A stretch of DNA of 10,755 bases from Tolypothrix tenuis PCC 7101 (lineage in GTDB: Bacteria; Cyanobacteriota; Cyanobacteriia; Cyanobacteriales; Nostocaceae): positions 4,225,396 to 4,236,150 of the forward strand of contig AP018248.1 in the NCBI GenBank assembly GCA_002368295.1. The letters are read 5' to 3'. The stretch's first letter is position 1; each line of letters opens with the position of its first letter. The translations under genes and the position numbers were made by a program. The notes beneath the pieces are model-generated. The model saw only the letters and a program-made list of their open reading frames with translations. It had not been told where the DNA came from and did no database searches. Positions 4,561 through 10,755 of this stretch are shown in pieces.

Positions 4561-7500
4561 CTAGAAAAACCTAGTAAAACTGAGTTAGAAGCAGCTAATC
4601 AAAAATTGCAGCAGCAAATCAGCGAATATCAAAGGCTTGAGGAGGCTTTGCGCCAAAGCGAATATCAGTATGTAACTTTAGCTCAAACCGCACCAGTGGG
4701 CATTTTCCGTACCGATGCTGCTGGAAACTGCACTTTTATGAATGAGCTAGCCTGTCAGATTATGGGTGCTTCTTTAGAAAAGGCGCTGGGAAAAGGCTGG
4801 ATAGAATCATTGCATCCAGAAGACCGCGATCGCGTGATTAGGCAATGGCAAGAAACTACACAGCAAAACTTACCCTTTAAATGCGAGCATCGTTTTCGCA
4901 ATCCCCAGGGTAAAACTGTTTGGGTGTTAACTCAAGCAGTACCGGAGGCGGGAAGTCAAGGAGAATTTACAAATTTTATTGGCACTATTACAAATATTAG
5001 CGATCGCAAACGCACTGAAGAAGCTCTCAGTCAAAGTGAAGCCACCCTCCGCAGCTTCTTTAATAGCGCCTCAATGCTGATGGGAATTGTGGAAATTGTG
5101 GATCATGATGTCTTGCATATTTCTGATAACCTAGCAGCCGCGAACTTTTATGGACTAACACCAGCCGCAATGCAGAATCGGCTAGCCAGCGAAATGGGTG
5201 CGCCGCAAGAGTATATCAACCAATGGATTGAGAAATATCGGGAAGCTGAACACACCCATGCTCCCGTTCGCTTTGAATATACTCACGAGACTCCCACCGC
5301 TAAAAAATGGCTGTCAGCGACAGTTTCAGCAATTAATAGCGATTGCAGTGGTCGTCAACGATTTTCTTACGTAGTTGAAGATATTAGCGATCGCAAATCA
5401 GCAGAGGAAGAATTACAAAAACAAGCATTTCTCCTGGACTTGACTCACGACTGCATCATGGTTCGCAATTTCAACGGTGAGATTGACTTTTGGAATCGTG
5501 GTGCAGAGGAGATGTACGGTTGGACGAAACAAGAAGCGATCGGCAAAATTTCTCATGATTTCTTGCAAACTCAATTTCCCCAACCGCTAGCCGAAATTGA
5601 AGCCGAACTTTTGCAAACCGGACGTTGGTCAGGTGAACTCGTACATACTAAACGTGATGGTACTCCTATTGTGGTGTCGAGTAGTTGGGCGTTACAGCGC
5701 GATGAACAAGGTAAACCAGAGAGAACTCTGGAAATTAATAACGATATTACCGAACGCAAGCGCGCTGAAGAAGAACTTCGCCACCTCAGCACAGCCCTAA
5801 CAAGCGCAGTAGAAGGTATCTCACAGTTAGATAAGGAAGGACGTTATATCAAGGTCAATCCCGCTTATGCCAACATGGCTGGTTATCAGCCAGAGGAAAT
5901 GATTGGTGTGGACTGGCTATTGACTGTCCATCCAGAAGATGCAGAAAAATTGCGGGTTGCGTACCAACAAATGCTAGTTAATGGCAAAGTGGAAGCGGAA
6001 GCTAGAGGCGTGCGGAAAGATAAAACAGTTTTTGATAAACAAGTAGTGATGGTCACAGCCTATGATCGCCAACAGCAATTCATCGGCCATTATTGCTTTA
6101 TGAAAGACATTAGCGATCGCCGCGAAATTGATCGCCTCAAAGATGAATTTGTCTCGATAGTTAGCCATGAATTGCGAACACCCCTCACTTCTATTTCCGG
6201 TGCATTAGATTTATTAGCAGGTGGAGTGCTGCAAACCCAACCAGAAGAAGCGCAACGGATGTTAAATATTGCGGCGAGTAATACCGATAGGCTAGTACGT
6301 CTAATTAATGACATCCTCGATATCGAGCGCATTGAGTCTGGTAAGGTACAAATGACTCCGGAACACTGCGATGCTGCCGATTTGATGAATCAATCAATAG
6401 AAACAGTAGAGGAAATGGCAGAGCAAGCAGGGGTAAAATTAGCAGTTTATCCCCTATCCGCGCCCCTTTGGGCTGATCCAGACCGCATTATTCAAGTTTT
6501 CACCAACTTACTCAGCAATGCGATTAAATTTTCCCCTGAGGGTTCTACGGTTTCATTGAGTGCGGAAATTACAGCCGAGAAAGCAGCACCCTCCAGCAAA
6601 CAAATTTTGTTCAAAGTTAAAGACCAAGGTCGAGGTATCCCAGCAGAGAAACTAGAATCGATTTTTGAGCGTTTTGGACAAGTTGATGCCTCAGACTCCC
6701 GCCAAAAAGGCGGTACAGGTTTAGGTTTAGCTATTTGTCGCAGTATTTTGCAGCATCATCAAGGGCAAATTTGCGTTGAAAGTACCTTAGGAGAAGGCAG
6801 CACATTCTTCTTTACCTTGCCTATTGCCTCAAAAGATGACACAGAAACTATAGAACCAGAAAACACAGGCGATCGCAAAAATATCAATCCATCTTTACTT
6901 CCAACAGAGAATAAATTCGCTGTTCTCCCTTTAGTAATTGAGTGTGACGATGACCCCTCAGTGCGGGTTGTCGTGCAAACCATGCTAGAACGACAGGGTT
7001 ATCGCGTCTTAGCAGCTGCATCAGGACAAGAAGCTGTAGAACAGGCAAAATTGCATCATCCTGATGCAATTATTCTCAACTTGATGATGCCAGATATGAA
7101 CGGTTGGGAAACCCTAGCGATTCTCAAACAGCAGCCACACACCCAAAACATCCCGGTGATTATTCTCAGTGGTTTGTTACCCGATGCTCATAAAAGTCTG
7201 CCACACAACATTAGCGACTGGATTGTCAAACCTCCCACTAGCAAGTTGTTGTACCAAGCCTTAGAAAAAGCTACCGCTAGCCAAAATCAATCAATCAAAG
7301 TTTTGATTATTGAAGACGACACAGATTTGGCACAGGTATTGATTGCTTTATTCAATCGTCACAACATCCTCACCTTTTATGCCCAAACCGGAAAAGAAGC
7401 TATTCAAGTCAGCCAGAACATCATCCCTGACTTATTAGTACTGGATTTGGGATTGCCAGAAAATGACGGTTTTGCCGTAGTCGATTGGCTACGACAACAT

Positions 7501-7707
7501 CAACGCCTATGTCACGTGCCTTTAGTTGTGTACACAGCACGCGATTTAGATGATAGCGATCGCGATCGCTTAAAGTTAGGGCAAACCCTCTTCCTCACTA
7601 AAGGGCGCATTACTCCCCAGGAATTTGAACAGCGAGTGATTAACTTACTCAACCGCATGATTGGTAGCAATAGCCAAGTTAGCCCCTCCGGAGAATTCAA
7701 AATTTAA
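4204..7707 (+). CDS. Hybrid sensor histidine kinase: ETR1-like ethylene-binding membrane domain - coiled coil - 4 PAS - HisKA - HATPase_c - receiver (Asn at phospho-site) - receiver
   Basis: 1167-aa ORF. AGGTAGGA lies 7 nt upstream of the ATG at 4204. H-box SIVSH(655)ELRTPLTSI, N-box NLLSNAIKFSP, G1 KDQGRGIP, G2 GGTGLGLAICRSI. The PAS blocks end in ISDRK, ISDRK, ITERK and ISDRR junctions. Confidence 0.92.
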   Translation: MFELLDIFFTSISFISQLNYHFGNQGLIWLHLLSDCLISLGYYAISAILVYFGNQRQDSPAKNLLLLFGAFLAVCGTTHLMAVWTFWDANYWVFGVQKALTAIISIYTFVALLKLLPKSLEKPSKTELEAANQKLQQQISEYQRLEEALRQSEYQYVTLAQTAPVGIFRTDAAGNCTFMNELACQIMGASLEKALGKGWIESLHPEDRDRVIRQWQETTQQNLPFKCEHRFRNPQGKTVWVLTQAVPEAGSQGEFTNFIGTITNISDRKRTEEALSQSEATLRSFFNSASMLMGIVEIVDHDVLHISDNLAAANFYGLTPAAMQNRLASEMGAPQEYINQWIEKYREAEHTHAPVRFEYTHETPTAKKWLSATVSAINSDCSGRQRFSYVVEDISDRKSAEEELQKQAFLLDLTHDCIMVRNFNGEIDFWNRGAEEMYGWTKQEAIGKISHDFLQTQFPQPLAEIEAELLQTGRWSGELVHTKRDGTPIVVSSSWALQRDEQGKPERTLEINNDITERKRAEEELRHLSTALTSAVEGISQLDKEGRYIKVNPAYANMAGYQPEEMIGVDWLLTVHPEDAEKLRVAYQQMLVNGKVEAEARGVRKDKTVFDKQVVMVTAYDRQQQFIGHYCFMKDISDRREIDRLKDEFVSIVSHELRTPLTSISGALDLLAGGVLQTQPEEAQRMLNIAASNTDRLVRLINDILDIERIESGKVQMTPEHCDAADLMNQSIETVEEMAEQAGVKLAVYPLSAPLWADPDRIIQVFTNLLSNAIKFSPEGSTVSLSAEITAEKAAPSSKQILFKVKDQGRGIPAEKLESIFERFGQVDASDSRQKGGTGLGLAICRSILQHHQGQICVESTLGEGSTFFFTLPIASKDDTETIEPENTGDRKNINPSLLPTENKFAVLPLVIECDDDPSVRVVVQTMLERQGYRVLAAASGQEAVEQAKLHHPDAIILNLMMPDMNGWETLAILKQQPHTQNIPVIILSGLLPDAHKSLPHNISDWIVKPPTSKLLYQALEKATASQNQSIKVLIIEDDTDLAQVLIALFNRHNILTFYAQTGKEAIQVSQNIIPDLLVLDLGLPENDGFAVVDWLRQHQRLCHVPLVVYTARDLDDSDRDRLKLGQTLFLTKGRITPQEFEQRVINLLNRMIGSNSQVSPSGEFKI
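4666..6123 (+). other. Domain array: four PAS/PAC modules (aa ~155-268, 280-397, 405-520, 528-640)
   Basis: Each module is about 115 aa with PAS-like cores, for example APVGIFRTDAAGNCTFMN, DCIMVRNFNGEIDFWN and EGISQLDKEGRYIKVN. PAC-like ends (FIGTITNISDRK, TLEINNDITERK, FIGHYCFMKDISDRR) are followed by charged coiled linkers (EEAL, EEEL). Confidence 0.8.
6130..6825 (+). other. Domains: HisKA (H655 = CAT 6166-6168) and HATPase_c
   Basis: The H, N, G1 and G2 boxes listed for the CDS. Confidence 0.9.
6922..7269 (+). other. Domain: receiver with Asn (AAC 7078-7080) at the phospho-acceptor position
   Basis: VIECDDDPSV, PDAIILN(959)LMMPDMNG, VIILSG and IVKP. The canonical motif would read LD. Confidence 0.7.
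7297..7653 (+). other. Domain: canonical C-terminal receiver (D1081 = GAT 7444-7446)
   Basis: KVLIIEDDTDL, PDLLVLDLGLPENDG, LVVYTARD and FLTKG. Confidence 0.85.
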
Positions 7708-8163
7708 GCCGAAAATTCTCTCCCCTACTCCCTCTGCGGCCTAAGGTGTACACCAAGTCTTATAACTTAGCCCCGTAAAGTTTCGATCCTCCCTGATTCC
7801 CCTTTTTAAGGGTATTTAGGGTATCTAACCAAACGTAAATCATTTTTTATAAAGACCAGATAAATTATCTATTAAGAATACATTAACCTTCGTAAAAATA
7901 CTGGGATATTGCTCTGGTACATGATAAATTTTCATCAAATTTAAGTATTAATCATGAATTGTCTAAATTAGTAATCAATAAAAATACAAACAAACGTTTT
8001 ATTGATTAGTCATGACAGTATCGGGGATTTTCCCTGAAACTCTTATGCTTAGGTAACAAACGTCATCAGCTGATTCCTCTTTAGGGTGTCTAGGTGCTTC
8101 TATATTTCTCTATGTACATCATTGGTTTTCTTCTCCCTAATGCCAAAATGCTGATTACTAATT

Positions 8164-8371
8164 CCCAATGAAAAACTCCACCCACAAGGTGATGGAGTTT
8201 TTGGGCATTGGGAATTGGGCATAGGGGAGGCAGTGCGTTGCTGGTTTCCAGTATTGTGCAAACTGCCGTCAGGGGAAAGAAAATACCAATGCCCTATGCC
8301 CTATGCCCCAAGCGGCGGGGCGGCTATCCCTCTCCACCCACAAGGGGATGGAGTTTCCCGCCGCTTTCAAT
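8164..8371. repeat. Compound dispersed-repeat element: two related hairpins, heptamer arms and a nested 42-nt hairpin insertion
   Basis: Hairpin 1: CCCAATG-AAAAACTCCA (8164-8180) pairs with TGGAGTTTTT-ggg-CATTGGG (8193-8212). Hairpin 2: AAGCGGCGGG (8310-8319) pairs with CCCGCCGCTT (8357-8366), with an inner stem CTCCA (8332-8336) / TGGAG (8349-8353). Heptamer-like arms GGGCAT(T/A)GGG on the left face CCCTATGCCC on the right. The central hairpin GGCAGT (8229-8234) / ACTGCC (8262-8267) is flanked by the direct repeat AGGGGA (8223-8228 and 8271-8276). Confidence 0.8.
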
Positions 8372-8519
8372 GAATAGTAATTGGCAGCTTTTTTATGTTC
8401 ATCTCTCCAATTCATAATTAATACTGAAATTTCACATCAATTGTGTACATAGCTCTGGCAACAATCGCAAGCTATAACAAATCACTTTATCTATTCCTGG
8501 ATTTAATTAAGGTATGAAC

Positions 8520-9731
8520 ATGAGTCAAGAAAAATATTTGATGACACCCAAGCTACATTCTATTTCCCATAATCAATCACGCATTTTGATAGTATCAATG
8601 CGTGAAGTTGCTAAGTTAGTAGGGTTTTGTAGCTTATATGAATTTGAAGATGTCATCTGCGATGCTGATGCTGCTGATATGCTCACACCTTTGAGTACAG
8701 ATGATGGTATCGTTAGAAAAATCTACAAATTAGCTAAGTATTTAACTAATTCTAAAAAATTAGCAAATTTCTTAGTACCGGGAACTAATCCATACTTTAT
8801 TGAACAAGAGTATGAATTGTTTTTTCCAGTATTTAATTCTCCCTTTGAACTTTTCGCACTACACGCGTTTAAAAATTGGCGACAAAAATGTAGCCAAGCA
8901 GTTTGTTATATAGATGAATTTTGGGAAACATATCTTCAGCCATCCAGTCTCTATTTTCTGGAATATTTAAAAGATTTCGACCATATTTTTCTCGGCAATA
9001 AAAATTCAGTTGAAGCAGTTGCTAAAATTACAGGTCGTCCTTGTAGCTATCTACCACCTGGGATTGATACATTAAAATTCTGTCCATATCCACAGTTACC
9101 TCACCGCAGTATTGATGTTTCCTATTTGGGTCGGCGTTCACCTGTAACTCATCAAGCTCTATTAGAGTATGCACAACAGCAACAAATTTTTTATTACTAC
9201 GATACAATCAAAGTCTCCGGAACTAAAAATGCGGCTAAACAACAAACATTTGCGGTGAATAATGCCCGAGAACACCGCATTTTGTTTGCTAATTTAAACA
9301 AGAGAAGCCGTTATTTCTTTGCTAACCGCGCACGCATTAACGAAGCAGAAGCGACAAAAAATAAACAAGAGTTTGGCCCACGCTTCTTTGAGGGTGCGGC
9401 TGCTGGTGCAGTCCTCATTGGTGATCCACCAATGACAGAGGAATTCTACAAACATTTTGATTGGCCGGATGCAATTATCAAAGTTCCCTTTGATGCTCCA
9501 GAAATTGGCGAGATTATTTCTGATTTGGATTCACAGCCTGAGCGCTTGGCAAGAATTAGCAGAGATAATGTTGTCAATACATTACTCCGACACGACTGGG
9601 TATATCGCTTACGCACAGTATTTGAGACAATAGATGTTAAACCTAGCCAAATCATGTTAGCTAGAGAAGCTAAGTTAAAGAAACTAGCTTATGAAATCCA
9701 GCACACATCAAATGCATCATTAGTTAATTAG
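8520..9731 (+). CDS. CgeB-family / Glyco_trans_1_2-like putative glycosyltransferase (hypothetical protein)
   Basis: The longest ORF starts at ATG 8514. ATG 8520 is preferred for two reasons. AAGGT (8509-8513) sits 6 nt upstream of it, and the paralogue at 10454 aligns residue for residue from this Met. The C-terminal part, FGPRFFEGAAAGAVLIGDP...FDWPDAIIKV...ISDLDSQPERLARISRDNVVNTLLRHDWVYRL, resembles the R-x-FE-x-x-A-x-G...HT/W-x-x-R pattern of the Glyco_trans_1_2 (CgeB-like) family. The upstream motif IDVSYLGRR also fits. The assignment comes from remembered motifs only. Confidence 0.6.
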   Translation: MSQEKYLMTPKLHSISHNQSRILIVSMREVAKLVGFCSLYEFEDVICDADAADMLTPLSTDDGIVRKIYKLAKYLTNSKKLANFLVPGTNPYFIEQEYELFFPVFNSPFELFALHAFKNWRQKCSQAVCYIDEFWETYLQPSSLYFLEYLKDFDHIFLGNKNSVEAVAKITGRPCSYLPPGIDTLKFCPYPQLPHRSIDVSYLGRRSPVTHQALLEYAQQQQIFYYYDTIKVSGTKNAAKQQTFAVNNAREHRILFANLNKRSRYFFANRARINEAEATKNKQEFGPRFFEGAAAGAVLIGDPPMTEEFYKHFDWPDAIIKVPFDAPEIGEIISDLDSQPERLARISRDNVVNTLLRHDWVYRLRTVFETIDVKPSQIMLAREAKLKKLAYEIQHTSNASLVN

Positions 9732-9778
9732 AAACTCATGATTATTTTGTACAAGCCATTTTAAGTGCCTTGTGTATG

Positions 9779-9814
9779 GGGAAAGTAAATTGAAACTTTT
9801 CCCATTTTATTTTT
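9779..9814 (+). terminator. Candidate intrinsic terminator downstream of the 8520-9731 CDS
   Basis: The stem GGGAAAGT (9779-9786) pairs with ACTTTTCCC (9795-9803): 8 bp with one bulged T. The loop is AAATTGAA and the tail is ATTTTATTTTT (9804-9814). Confidence 0.5.
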
Positions 9815-9833
9815 GCAGAATCAAATTATATTC

Positions 9834-9978
9834 AGGACTTACGCAACTGGCACAGTGATCCTCTGGCATAAGAGTCAAGAGTCAAGAGTCAAGGGTCAAA
9901 AATTTAGGTTTTTTGGACTCTTGACATTTGACCCTGGACAAACATAAACGAAAAAAATATGACACTTGCGTAAGTCCT
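9834..9978. mobile_element. MITE-like non-autonomous element (145 bp) with perfect 13-bp terminal inverted repeats and an internal heptamer hairpin
   Basis: AGGACTTACGCAA (9834-9846) is the exact reverse complement of TTGCGTAAGTCCT (9966-9978). Inside, AAGAGTC x3 plus AAGGGTC (9870-9897) face the inverted partner GGACTCTTGACATTTGACCCT (9915-9935). There is no ORF. Confidence 0.5.
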
Positions 9979-10453
9979 AATATTTTATAAAATATTCGGC
10001 TGATTGATATTTATGATTGAAAACATAGCAATTTAAAATCAAGAATGCAACAGTAGGGAGACAGCAATGCTGTGACCTCTAGAATATATTGATGTTTCGC
10101 AAACATTATTTGATTAAATTTTAAAAAGCTTTTCAGCAAAAGATTAGCAACTAACCTATAAGTTTTTCTAAATTACTGACATTCTCTTACTCCTTGTCTA
10201 TTTTTAGATAGTAGTGTATAGATATAATTAAAATTTATTCTGGCTCTACTAGGTTCTCAAATTTCATAATTCTTTAGTTTCTAACTGTAGATTACGTGTT
10301 TTGATATAAGAAGTTCCTCAAAGCTTGTGAAAGTCAAAAATCACATTTCAAAATTCAATTTTCAATCATAAAAATCCTAAATTTGGGAAAAGAAACAATT
10401 TACTAGCGACAAGTAGCTTGCTGTAAAACACTTTATTAAATCAGGGTAATATC

Positions 10454-10755
10454 ATGACCAACAATAAATATTTAATAAAACCTAAATTTAATTCTTTTTC
10501 TAATGAAAAATCACGCATTTTGTTAGTATCAATGCGTGAACTGGCTAACTTAGTGGCTTTTTGTACCTTATATGAATTTGAAGATGTACTATATGATACC
10601 GATGCTGTTGATATGGTTCAACCATTGAGTGCTAACGACGGTATCTTAAGAAAAATCTACAAACTAGCTAAGTATTTAACTAACTCCAAGCAATTGGCTG
10701 AGTTACTTGTTCCAGCGAATCATCCATACTTGCTTGAGCAAGAATATGAACTATT
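10454..10755 (+). CDS. Tandem paralogue of the 8520-9731 protein, N-terminal 100 codons; 3' end outside the window
   Basis: The frame is open from ATG 10454 to the window end. It is absent from the ORF track because no stop codon is reached. AGGG lies 8 nt upstream. The translation MTNNKYLIKPKFNSFSNEKSRILLVSMRELANLVAFCTLYEFEDV...RKIYKLAKYLTNSK...EQEYEL is 67 of 100 identical, without gaps, to residues 1-100 of the 8520 protein by hand count. Confidence 0.8.
   Translation, partial: MTNNKYLIKPKFNSFSNEKSRILLVSMRELANLVAFCTLYEFEDVLYDTDAVDMVQPLSANDGILRKIYKLAKYLTNSKQLAELLVPANHPYLLEQEYEL

Noticed and set aside
2574-7700. Short antisense or off-frame ORFs inside the two large signalling genes (2574..2756, 2757..3047, 4244..4471, 4308..4574, 5571..5792, 5597..5800, 5974..6168, 6090..6332, 6759..6983, 6884..7069, 7512..7700)
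   Set aside because: All are nested in CDSs whose domain content is unambiguous. They are 60-96 aa with no motifs, as expected by chance in long ORFs.
7745-7754. GGTGTACACC 10-bp palindrome and the CCCTT-TTT-AAGGG mini-hairpin (~7799-7814) downstream of the kinase stop, considered as a terminator
   Set aside because: The palindrome leaves no loop, and the mini-hairpin has only a 5-bp stem and no U-tract. This is not enough for an intrinsic terminator call.
8208-8417. 69-aa + strand ORF (MGIGHRGGSALLV…)
   Set aside because: It runs through the compound hairpin/heptamer repeat element. It reads the shared repeat in a different frame from the CDS-embedded copy at 2629-2757, and it has no RBS.
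9446-9655. 69-aa minus-strand ORF inside the 8520-9731 CDS
   Set aside because: It is antisense to the most conserved (Glyco_trans_1_2-like) part of the sense protein and has no supporting features.
1-10755. Defence island, prophage, transposase, integrase, toxin-antitoxin, tRNA or rRNA content
   Set aside because: None of the ORFs shows nuclease, helicase, ATPase, methyltransferase, integrase or transposase motifs, and no RNA-gene-like structure was recognised. The window reads as signalling and surface-modification genes plus repeats.

Overview
The window looks like chromosomal DNA from a filamentous (Nostocales-type) cyanobacterium. It has many HIP1 octamers (GCGATCGC), heptamer STRR arrays and small hairpin-forming dispersed repeats. 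All genes I can support are on the + strand. (1) The 3' end of a TPR-repeat protein (1-435). (2) An 821-aa composite response regulator (1525-3990): REC, OmpR-type wHTH, HPt, degenerate REC, REC, then a GGDEF domain with a non-canonical GGTEF motif. (3) A 1167-aa hybrid histidine kinase (4204-7707). Its N-terminal membrane domain matches the ETR1-type ethylene/copper-binding domain. It is followed by four PAS domains, HisKA/HATPase, a receiver with Asn at the phospho-acceptor position, and a canonical receiver. (4) A ~403-aa CgeB/Glyco_trans_1_2-like putative glycosyltransferase (8520-9731). (5) The first 100 codons of a tandem paralogue of (4) that runs off the right edge (10454-10755); it is not in the supplied ORF track. 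The long AT-rich intergenic regions contain a 63-bp tandem repeat, a 20-bp direct repeat, an operator-like palindrome next to a TATAAT box, a 20-copy heptamer array that supplies the stop codon of gene (2), a compound hairpin repeat element, and a MITE-like element with perfect 13-bp terminal inverted repeats. A diverged copy of the compound repeat element is translated in frame inside the linker of gene (2). I recognise no defence system, phage, transposase, CRISPR, toxin-antitoxin, tRNA or rRNA gene. The best candidate for a 'system' is the adjacent pair of the ethylene-receptor-like hybrid kinase and the HPt-containing regulator. Together they could form a self-contained multistep phosphorelay with both a DNA-binding and a (possibly degenerate) c-di-GMP output. 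That is inference from domain content, not demonstrated function.
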